This document shows positions 30,227-41,400 of a stretch of DNA of 64,000 nt, in pieces. The DNA lies in the IMG/VR virus record IMGVR_UViG_3300031760_003956, positions 1-64,000 of that record. The stretch is one strand, 5' to 3'. Each line of letters starts with the position of its first letter. The first letter of the stretch is position 1. The notes under the pieces are model-generated. The model was not told the DNA's origin. It saw nothing but the letters and a program-made list of their open reading frames with translations, and did not search any database. Origin of the DNA: a virus. Taxonomy: Duplodnaviria; Caudoviricetes. Made by a program: the position numbers and the translations under genes.

Positions 30227-30853
30227 ATGCAGAAGAAAGGTTATTATACAGATTTTACACAGGGAGAAGATAGCGAGAAGATTGAATTTGACTTTAGCAC
30301 GAATATCAGTATGCTCGGAAAAATGAATTTAGTTAAGAAAACGGTTGAGCGTTGTATTATTGATGAACATTTCTTTTCTAATCTTTTACCTGTGATATTC
30401 GACTATCATATTATTATGTATTTTGCAGCGATTGATTTATCAGATATTGAAGAAGCTGAAATCAATGGTATTGATAAGATGTGTGATTTTGTTCAAAACA
30501 CAAATATTGCTGAAATTATAAGAGAAAATATGGACGATGGCGTGCTTGATGAATTAGTTAAGGCTGTGGACGCTGATGTTGAGTTTAAGACGGGTATTCA
30601 TCCGAATCCTCTTAACGAAGTGCTTTCAAGACTTTTGGAAACATTTGAGAAGAAGATTGAGAACATTGATGTTGAAACTCTTATGGAATCGGCTACTAAG
30701 GTTGCCGGAATTAAAGAACAGTTGACACCTACGGGTCTTATTAATGCTTATAATGACAGCGAAGTATTTAATAAGAAATTCAAAGACTTAGAAGAACACA
30801 ACAGAGAAATCAATAAAATTGTCGGAGAAATAAAGAGTAAAGACGAAAAGTAG
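30227..30853 (+). CDS. hypothetical protein (possible tail assembly chaperone)
   Basis: ORF track; AGGAGG RBS; lies upstream of the tape measure. Confidence 0.65.
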   Translation: MQKKGYYTDFTQGEDSEKIEFDFSTNISMLGKMNLVKKTVERCIIDEHFFSNLLPVIFDYHIIMYFAAIDLSDIEEAEINGIDKMCDFVQNTNIAEIIRENMDDGVLDELVKAVDADVEFKTGIHPNPLNEVLSRLLETFEKKIENIDVETLMESATKVAGIKEQLTPTGLINAYNDSEVFNKKFKDLEEHNREINKIVGEIKSKDEK

Positions 30854-30862
30854 GGTGATTAT

Positions 30863-31351
30863 ATGGCAATTACCAATATGTCACAATTACAAAATGCTTT
30901 GATGAAGAAGTGTTATGAATTAGTAAATGAGGAAAAACGATATGCTTTGACCGTATTTAGAAATTATATAAATAAATTTTATTCGGGTTATAGACCGTTA
31001 TTATACGAAAGAACGTATCAACTTATGAACTCTTTGGCAAGTACGGGAGTTAGTCGGACTACCAACGGATATAAGGCTGATATTTATTATAAGGTATCTG
31101 CATTGAGGTATTATGAAAAAATAATTTTTGATTATACGTTGGTTTATACAAGACCACATTCATCTTCTATGAATAGAGAGATATTTGAATATGCTGCTTA
31201 TGGTATGTATTACGGATATAATCCCCACGGTAATTATAAGGGTGCTGATGATGATACAACAATTTGGAAAGACCCTGTTACCGATATTCAAATTCAAATG
31301 CGTCCTCAGTTAAAACGCTATCTGCAATCGAAAGGCATTAAAGTAAAATAA
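30863..31351 (+). CDS. putative tail-completion (HK97 gp10-like) protein
   Basis: YxPxxYERTYQLMNS motif; C-terminal LQSKGIKVK. Confidence 0.5.
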   Translation: MAITNMSQLQNALMKKCYELVNEEKRYALTVFRNYINKFYSGYRPLLYERTYQLMNSLASTGVSRTTNGYKADIYYKVSALRYYEKIIFDYTLVYTRPHSSSMNREIFEYAAYGMYYGYNPHGNYKGADDDTTIWKDPVTDIQIQMRPQLKRYLQSKGIKVK

Positions 31352-31363
31352 GGAGGTGATTGA

Positions 31364-32398
31364 ATGGGAAGAAAAACATTCAGGAAGATAATCACTTCTC
31401 CTGAATTAATAGAACAAATAAATCCTGAGAATAAAAAGTTAATGGAAAGATTTTTAAAGAACTATTCTACGAAAAAATCACCGAAAACGATTATAAATTA
31501 CAGGAGCAATCTAAATATATTCTTTTGTTGGAATATATTAGAGGACGGAAACACATTTTACATAGATTTAAAGAGAATGGATTTTATGGACTTCTTTGAC
31601 TATGCAAGTATAGAGTTACAATGGAGTCCGAATAGATTTCATCAATGTCATTCTTGTTTATCTGCTTTTAGCACTTGGATAGAAAAGGTTATGGGTGAAC
31701 AATATCCTAATTTCCGAAATCTATTACCGTTTATTGATAAACCTGATAAAGAAGCTGTTAGAAAGAAATCTGTTTTTACACAAGAAGAAATAAACGAGTT
31801 AATGAGTATGCTTGATGAAAAAGGCAAAACTCAGCAAAAATGCTTGTTATCGTTAATGACAAGTTCGGGAGCGAGAGCAAGTGAACTTGTTAGATTTAGG
31901 ACGGATATTATTGACGAAAATAATACGGCTTATGAGGGTTTATTCTTAGAAACGACAGAGGAAATTAGAATCAAAGGTCGTGGAGTTAATGGTAAATCTG
32001 CGTTAAGATATATTCTAAAAGATACATTCTTACCTAATTATCATAAATGGCTGGTCGAGAGAGAAAAGATTATGAAAGAGAATAATCAAGACCACACTTA
32101 TATATTCATCAAATCAAATGGTGAACCGGCAGAATTAACAACTATTAAGAGTTGGTTTGTGAAATGGGATATATTTACTACAAAAAGGTTTTCTAAAACC
32201 TTTTATCCTCATTCCCTTAGACATATGTTAGTCACAAAACTCCTATCTATCGGAGTAGAAAAAGAGTTGATTCAAAGTCTATTATCGTGGACTACGGCTG
32301 AAATGGTTGATATTTATTCTGACCTTAAACCGAGTGAAAGAAAATGGAAAAGTTTGGGTAAACTTAAATCTGCTTTAGAGCAAGATAATATTTTATAA
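31364..32398 (+). CDS. tyrosine recombinase (XerC/D-like)
   Basis: SGARASEL, KGRG, YPHSLRH and LSW...MVDIY catalytic R-K-HxxR-W-Y set. Confidence 0.9.
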   Translation: MGRKTFRKIITSPELIEQINPENKKLMERFLKNYSTKKSPKTIINYRSNLNIFFCWNILEDGNTFYIDLKRMDFMDFFDYASIELQWSPNRFHQCHSCLSAFSTWIEKVMGEQYPNFRNLLPFIDKPDKEAVRKKSVFTQEEINELMSMLDEKGKTQQKCLLSLMTSSGARASELVRFRTDIIDENNTAYEGLFLETTEEIRIKGRGVNGKSALRYILKDTFLPNYHKWLVEREKIMKENNQDHTYIFIKSNGEPAELTTIKSWFVKWDIFTTKRFSKTFYPHSLRHMLVTKLLSIGVEKELIQSLLSWTTAEMVDIYSDLKPSERKWKSLGKLKSALEQDNIL

Positions 32399-32407
32399 TC
32401 ATAACTA

Positions 32408-32430
32408 TACACCCATTGGGTGTATTTTTT
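32408..32430 (+). terminator. intrinsic terminator
   Basis: tacaccca-t-tgggtgta plus a T-run. Confidence 0.55.
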
Positions 32431-32454
32431 ATGCTCAAAAGGAAGTGATGAATT

Positions 32455-35400
32455 ATGGCAGATGAAGATTTCAGACTACAACTATCAGCGGAAATAGGTA
32501 GTGACTCTATAAGTAGGGTTAAATCTCAACTTGACGAAATACAAAAGTCAGCTAAACCGATAACCTTAACAGGTGATATAGGGGCGTTGACTAAAGAAAT
32601 TGGAGAGTTGAGGTCACAGCTTAAATCTGTTAGTGCTGTTAAAATAGACGCTAATATTAAAACGGCTACAAACTCTTATAAAGAATTAGTTAATGTTGCT
32701 AAACAAATTGGTAATAAACAAATCAAGATTGCTAAACTTGATACACGGACAAATACTAATGAAATTAAAGCGTTACAGGCTGAGATAGATACTTTAACGG
32801 CTAAGGGTAAGGCTTTAATGGGTTCTTTCAATGGTAAGTTGTCGGCTGAACAGTTTAAGCAATTAGAGAATACAATAAAGGAAATTCAAACTACGACTCA
32901 GCAGACTATAGATGTTATCAATGCTAAGATGAAAGATAAGTCTGCGGTTGAGTTTCAAAAACAGGCTTTTGAAGATTTAAAAGCTAAAATAAAAGAAGAA
33001 GAACGGGCTGTCAGCGAATATAATAAAGTTCTTGAACAAATGAAGCGTTTGCAGTCTACTACTGAAAATGCTGGATATAGGGATTCAGTAGGTACTGCGA
33101 CTATTGAGGGATACAAAACAAAACTTGAAGAACTTAAAGCTAAAGAGGTAGAGGTTCGTGAGAAATTTGCTGATTTAATCCCACAGGAAAGTATAACTAA
33201 GGCTGAAACTGGTTTTGCCAATATAACTGCAAATATCGACAATATTGTTAGTAAAGCAGAACAGGCAAAAGAAAAACTCGTAGAGGCTATTCAGGGTACT
33301 CTTGCTAATGGTAATGCTTCAAATTATGATGTGGCAATATCAAAAGTTAGTCTTGATATGAGCAAACTTTCTGCGGTTAGTGATGAAACACGGGAGAAAG
33401 TTCAGTTACTTAGAGATACTTTAGTTGAAATGCGTACTGCGTCTGAAAGTGGTGATGTTGAAACTCTTATTGCTAAAGAAAAAGAATTTTCAGATACTTT
33501 AAAGCAAGTACAAAATGAGTTAAAAATCACGGCAGACAGAGAAGAAGAATTAGCACAAGCGGAGAAATTACTTAATGATAGAGCGATTCTATCTAATCAA
33601 ATGGGCGTGTGGTTGAAAGAAAATACTGCCGCTACAAAACAATTTGGTAATCAAATTAAAATACTTCAAACCGAGGTTAAGTCTTGTGATAATGTAAGGC
33701 TCGGTCAAATAAGACAAGAGTTTAGAATGATTACACAAGAAGCTAAAATGGCTGGTAAAACAGGTTTGGCTTTTACTGATAGACTCGGTTATCAAATAAA
33801 GAAGTTGTCAACGTATTTTAGTGGTCTTTATATTATTATGAGTACCTATAGAACTCTTAAAACAGGTGTTGAAACTGTTATTGAGTTGGATACGGCACTC
33901 GTTGATTTGAAGAAGACTACTGACGGTACTACTGAGCAACTTAATGAATTTTACGAGAGTGCGTCTGAGATTGGTAAGCAGTTGGGAGTTACGGCGAAAG
34001 ATGTAATTCAAGCAAGTGCTGACTGGTCACGTCTTGGTTGGCTTCGGCTCGACCCTATATATAGAAATATATATAAGTAAATTCAGCTTTTATCGGGAAA
34101 TCTCCTGAGAAGGACAATTCCGAGGGCAAGATAGAATGTTTAGTATATTCTAAACCCGTAACGAGTAAGTTTTACATACAGTAATGTATGTTTGCACGCT
34201 GAACACCTAAATACGAAAGTACAAGGTGATGATGTACTCTGCTCTGCAACTATAATCAAAATATAATATGAAATTGCAGAGGTAGGCAGAAATGACCTAC
34301 CCCTTTCTTTTTGGAAAGAGTAACAAAAGGACTCAATTAAAGACGCTATTGAAATGGCTAAAACGTCATCTATTTTTGAAGCTATCTCACCGGATTTGGA
34401 TATGAATGAATCGACCGATGGGTTGGTTTCGGCTATGAAGGCAAAACGAAAGTTTATGCCCTGTTGTATAGTAATATGCAACTTGTATACATTTAACTAC
34501 AGGTAATCTCTAAAGCCTTGCACCACAATAACGGAGAAATCACGTTATGATGGCACGAAAGTAGAAACAACGTAAGGATGATATAAGGTCAAAAGCCTAA
34601 GTATTGTGATAATGAGTGTTCTGTAGCCAAGTACCCTAACGTATTCCGTAGACCATACGGTATTAGTCGAGGGTAAAGGTTCAACGACTATTCTCAGTAG
34701 AGTTATGGACTTGTGAATAAGGGTGGAAATCCCGAATATCCATAACAATAGAAGTACGGCACAATCGCAAAGGTGTGAGTGAAAACCTCTTAAATGGAAA
34801 AGGTGTACCCCTATTAAATAGGGTGAAGAAATAGTCTATTCTTATATGAAAATATAAGTACAAAAGATTTAAAATTGAAGCAGATGACGCTTTAGATGGA
34901 ATTGCGAGTAAGATTAATGCTATAGGTAATTCACAAGCAGTCAGTAACGGAAATATCGTTGACTTCCTTACTCGTTCATCTTCTGCTATGGCAGAAGCTA
35001 ACAATACTTTAGATGAAACTATTGCGTTAGGAACGGCAGCAACAGAAATTACGAGGGACGCAGCTTCCGTAGGTAATGCTATGAAGACAAAACATTGTCT
35101 TTATATACAGAAATGTATATATAGAACACATTTAATTGCAGGTAATACCTAAAGCCTTGCACCACAATAGCGAGGAAACTACGCTATGATGGTTTGAAAA
35201 CGTAAGGATATTACAATGGTTGTTCTGCAACGAAGCACCTAAGTTAGTAATAATATGGTGAACGCTCAACGACCACTCCCTTGTCGGGTTGTAGGTTTAC
35301 GAATAAGGGTAAAATCCCGAATAACTACAGCAACAGAGGTACGGCACAAGCTAATGGTGTGGGTGAAATCCCCTTAAATGGAAAAGGTGTGGTTGCTATT

Positions 35401-38400
35401 CTGTTTAATACAGAATGTGATTAAGAAATGGTCTACTCTTGCGTGAAAGCGTAAGTTATCAATTGTGATAAGGTGTATGTTGCGAGTACACTTAATATTT
35501 GGAATAAGTATGAGAATTAGAGGCTATGATGAAAGCACCAATGAATTTATTGGTGGCGTAGAAGTTCTCGATGGTAAAATAGCAAATCTTACGAAGACTG
35601 CTAAAAACGGATTTGGTGGCGTTTCTTTATTTGCTGACGAAGCAAAAACAACATTTAAAAGTACAACACAAATTTTAAGAGATATATCTGAGGTTTGGGA
35701 TGACCTTACCGACAAAAATCAGGCAAAATTACTCGAAGCTCTTGCCGGTTATCATACGTTAGCCGGATTGTGTAGTAATACACAAAATAGTACATATTTA
35801 ATTGCGTTGGTTGCCTAAAGCCTTATACTACAATAATCGAGAAATCAGATTATGAGAGTTTAACAACATAAGGATATTACAATGGCTAATTCGCAGCGAA
35901 GTACCCTAACATTATTCTTAAAACAAAAGAACAGTTAAGCTGAGGGTACACGTTCAACGACCATTCCCGATAGGGTTGTAATAATAGAATAAAGGTGGGA
36001 ATCCTGAATAGTTACAACAACAGAAGTACGGCTCAAATATATGGAGTGAGTGAAAACCTCTTAAATGGAAAAGGTATGCCCCTATTTTAAATAGGGTGAA
36101 GAAATGGTCTAAACTTATACGAGAGTATAAGAATGGTTATATATAAAAAATATGAGATATACTTATACGAATGATGATATTGATTTTTTAAGAAAATATT
36201 ATCCAAACGGGGATTGGGAGAAAATTGAACAAAGATTCCCGTTTTTATCAAAAACAGCAATATATAGAAAATGTCAAAAATTAAATATTGCTTCAAATAA
36301 TACGCATAGAAAAGATTTTGACAATACTAAAAATAGACGTAAGTGGACGGAAAAGGAAACTAAAATATTAATGCAAAATTATAGTTATATTCCTTTTGAC
36401 GATTTAATGAAATTATTACCAAATCGCACTAAAGATATGATTAATAATAAAGCAAAAAGATGTAATTTATTATCTTATCAAAAAATTACATCAAAATGGA
36501 AAGACTGGGAAGTTGAATATATACAAACTAATTGGTTTTTAATTCCCGATGTGATTATTGCGAAAAACATAGGAAGAACACAAAGGGCGGTCAAATGGAA
36601 ACGAGAGCAAATGGGATTGTATAGACAAAATTTTGAAAGTTTTTCTTATCCAACGATTTCAAAATATTTACGAGGTCAAAATCAACAATGGAAAAAAGAG
36701 TCTATGGAGAATTGTAATTATAAGTGTGTATTAACCGACAGTAAAAGTTTTGAGATACATCATTTATATGGTGTGAGCAATATTATAAATGATATTTTTG
36801 ATTTATACCCTAAATACAAAGATAAATCTTTTAAAGACTACTCTGAAAAAGATTTATCTTTTTTATTAACTGAATTTTTAAGAATACAGAGTTTATATCC
36901 GCTTGGTGTATGTGTGGATAAAAAATTACACGTTTTGTTTCACAGTATGTACGGTCAATACTTTAATACACCTGAACAATGGTATAGATTTTGTGAAGAT
37001 TATAAGAAAGGAGTGTATGAAGAATATATATAACCATTAACAGAAGTTGTGACTCTGTTTAATAAAATTGAAACGTCAAGGTCAAGTTGTTGCAGCTATG
37101 CTCAACAACTTCCAAACAGTAGAAGATTCTCTTAATACAATGCAGAATAGTGCTGGTAACGCTATGCAAGAAATGTCAATTATTCAAGACAGTATTGAGT
37201 ATAAAATGAACGCATTTTCTCAAACTGCAACAGGAATATGGCAAAACCTTTTCAAGCGTGGCGATATTGGTGCTGTTATTGATTTATTTACAAATTTCTT
37301 ATCAATAATAGATAAGATTACAGACCACTTTGGTCTACTCGGCACAGCCGTAGGTATAACCGCTGGTATATTATCAGCAAAATTTGGCGTGGGTGAACTA
37401 ATTAAACAGTTCTGTTTACTTATGACACTAAGGAACGAATACGCTCACGAAACCTTTAACTAATAGTAATATAAACGAGATTGTGTTTGCTCGTATAACG
37501 GTTTATCGTTACACAATCAAGAGGGGTTTAGAAAAATAGGATAAACTGATATAAGTTAAAATTCTTATATCAATAGACTAAGACGTTTTATATGTTAAGC
37601 TACATAATACATATAAAACTATTAGCAGCCATTACCTTACGAGAGGTAGGTTCAGAGGACATAAACCTACACGGTGAGAATCGTGAATGAATGTTGCAAA
37701 CTGTACCCGACAGTAGTTATGAGTTGGGGTAAAAATTTAACCATTGGCTAAATGGTGTGTCAAAAATAGTGGGATACTTCTTCCCTGTTACCTGAGCAAA
37801 AGAAGTTAAAATAGAAATTTTATGTATCATAATGCACAAATAACACTTGAAAAACGTGCGAAAAGTGTAGTGAAGTAGGTTGAAAAAAGTGCGAAAAGTG
37901 TGTTTTGACGTATTTTGTTCACTTTGTATTTGTGCAATATGACGAATAAATAGCAACCAAAAAAGGTTGCATATAGAAAACGCAACCAAAAACGGTTGCG
38001 TTTGTTATTATACTGAAAGGGTATAATTTGATTTTTACGATTCGGATTATACCTTAACGGGATATTTCCCATTTCGGCAATTTTTTCGGATTTGGGGAAT
38101 AGATTGCCGATTTAAAAAGAAAGGATTGGTAAAATGATATTTTCGGTTGATAGGTTTATTGAATTATCAAAATCAAAAATAAAAAAGAAATTTAAAAAAG
38201 TATATCTTTATGATGAATATAATAATGCAACTGGTAGAAACAAAGAAAGGCGTTATTATTATAATAAAGAAATTATGTTATTTTTAAAAGAATGGGAGAT
38301 TGAATTAACATATAAAACATTGATTCATAAGGGTGTTTTTACGGAGAAAGAATTGTCTTTTGAACAATTTATAAAACTATTTTATATAAAAATATTTGAG

Positions 38401-41400
38401 AATCGGTATTTATGTAGATTTATAGATATAAAACCGATGATAGATTTTATTAATAGAGTTCGGCAAAATAATGATTAATCATTCTCCATAGGTTATTGCA
38501 GAGGTATAATTTTTGCCTTAATTGTTGTTTCTTTGTTTCATTAAATTCATTCTTGACTTCATTAGAAAGAATATTATTACGCTCTTTCAAACAAAGGACA
38601 ACAAAAGGTGCGTAGAATATTGCGTCTGATATATTTATAAATGTATTATTATTCATTTTATTTATTATATCTTGGCGATAAGAAAATTCTTGCATAATAA
38701 ATATACCGTCTATTTCTACGGATTCTTTGATTAGCTTAAATTCTTCTTCTGTTAATTTTCTATCTACAAAATCACTCATATTCTTCCCTACCTTAAAACT
38801 TATAACCACAATTCCGGCAAACAAATTGACTTCTTGCGGTTTAATTAGTAACTAATCTACTTTATATTCATATAAACTTGCTTTCCAAGTACCATTTTCA
38901 CGGCGTTGACAACTAACACTTTTTATTTGAGGTTTACCGTTAATAGTCATATTGAAATCAAGATAAACGGTATCTTCATCTATTATATTGTAATCTCCTG
39001 TATAGACCACACTACTTACTTCTCGATATATGCTCATAACTCTACTACAGTATGACATAGCTGCTCTTTCTGCTTTTTTGAGATAGTATGTACTCATTTG
39101 AGGTTTTGTATATTCTTGTTCGTAGTCGGTGTCGGAATAAGAATTTGTATTAGTCGGGTTATCGGTTGTATTGCTTTTCTTACAAGTAGTAAGAGATATA
39201 ACTATTCCAATTACTACGATTATTATTATTACTATTATTGAAACAAAAAATACGATTGAATTTTTCTCGGATTTATCTTTATTTTGTAGCATAATATAGC
39301 CTCCTTTGGTATTTAAACCAATTATATATTATCTTTATACACAATTCAAGTAATTTTGATAAATTCAGGTTACGTCTTTATATTCAGTTTGATATTCAAA
39401 ACCGTTGAAGACGAATCGAAATTTGCTGGAATTAGAATAAAGAATAACTTATTAAGTGGTATAAAAGCAATAGCGAGTGAAGCCCCGAAGATTGATTTGG
39501 GTAAGAATTTTTCTGCTAATTTAGATAAGCAAACAGAGTATTTTACTTCATTTAGAAATGCAGTAAATGAAGGTATGGCGGTTGATGAGGCTAAAACACA
39601 GTATTTATCAAGTGCTATGCAAGCAACTCGTGATTATGTAAATGCGACAAACTTAGCAGAACAAAGCGAAGAAGGACTAAGAACCGCCGTTACTCAAAGT
39701 CAAGTGGCTTTAGTGGCACAAGGTAATAGTCTTAGTAATACAAGGTCGTTGATTGCCGAGTATAACTCTGGTTTAAACACTACAGGTAATGTATGTAAAG
39801 AAACGGGATTAAATCAAACACAATTTGCACAAGCGGTAGCACAATCACGAACTGGTTTAGGTAATTATTTAAACAATTTAGACGGTGCGAAGGCTTCTAT
39901 GGGTGGTTATATCGCTCAACTTGTAGGTGCTAAAATTGCTACGTTTGCTTTAAACGCTGTAACAACATTACTTAATGCTACTATTAGTATGGGTATTGGG
40001 CTTATTGCGTCAATGCTTGTAAGTGGAGTAGTTAGTTGGATTGATGATATAATTCATCATACTGAGAAACTTATTGAAGCCGGTGAAGAAGCTGAAAATA
40101 AAGTTAAGGAAATTAGCGAAACTTTTGAAAAACAAAAGTCTGTTATAAGTGAATCAACAACGCAATTTGCTGAATTGGCTCAGGGTGTTGATATGGTTAC
40201 TGGTAAAAACAAATCATTGTCAACGTCTGAATATGAGGCGTTTTTATCAATTAGTAAAGACTTGGCAGAACAATTTACCGACCTTCCTGTTATTTACGAT
40301 GAAAATGGCAATGCTATTGTTCAACTTAACGGTAATGTCAATGATGTTACAAATTCTTTAAAGGAACTATTAGAGGTTGAAAGAGAAATAGCCAATCAAA
40401 AAATTGCAGATGAATTACCAAAGATTTTTGATAAAACTAAGGCACAAAATGAAGTTTTAGAAGACGAATTATACGATATACAATCTAATTTATGGTATAA
40501 CAAGTTAGATAAAGCTGGTGAAAAGCGACTTTCGATAGATGTAAATGGTTTAGATTTAGATGAAGTAACGAAGATACGAGAAAAATACGAGGCTTTATTT
40601 AAAAAATATAATATCCCAGCTTTATTTAATAAAGGACAACAGGTTTGGAAAGATGATAAACTTGTATTTGATACTTTGTATTTTGATTTAAACGGAACTG
40701 TAAATGTTACTGATAAATTGAAAAAAGAATTAGAAAAAGGTACTTACGAAATTCAAAAAGAATTTGAAAGTAAATTAAGTGGAAATACTTTTCAAACACT
40801 TGTTAATAATGTTAATAAAAAATCTGCTGATAAACAAAACGAAATAAAGCAGAATTGGAGCAATTTAACTTCTAATATAAATAAATGGCTACCTACCCAA
40901 ACCGACTATTCTGCTCTTTCGGAAGAAAGACAAAACCTTATCCAACGGTCTATTAACTCGTTGGATTATACTGCATTAAATTTTGATAAATGGGAAGACG
41001 CTGAAAAATATATTAAAGACCATTTATTAAAGGTATTAGGTAAAGATGAAAACGGTAAATTTAATTTTGATATTGAAAAATATACAGATTTATCGGAAGC
41101 CTTTGACTCATTTAAAAAAAATAAAATATCTCTAAAAAAATATCAAGAGTATTATAATACTGTTAAGACAAATCTTGAAGGTATTAAGGGCATTACAAAG
41201 GAAACCAAAAATGCTATATTAAATGATTTTAATACTATTGGTTCATCGGGAGAAACTTTAGATAATGCTTATGAAAGAATTTTTAAACTTTCTAAAGGCG
41301 TAATATCGGTAAAAGACGCTGAAAAAGAGTTAAAAAATTGGAAGTACGATGATATTTCAGCTTTATTTAAAATTGACGCTAAAACTATAAAATCTTGGGA

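Larger units (their letters stand above)
37395..39391 (+). mobile_element. group I intron TMP-5 (1997 nt) carrying three passenger genes
   Basis: P1 cgtgggT/Gctcacg; P10 gaata/tattc; P3 ggttta/taaacc; R-like ggttcagaggacat; P9.0 aaactg (37698)/cagttt (39385) next to terminal G39391; in-frame join. Confidence 0.75.

Noticed and set aside
39356-39391. Independent TTG start for a 2542-aa protein
   Set aside because: There is no Shine-Dalgarno sequence, and the segment is better explained as the paired 3' end of intron 5.
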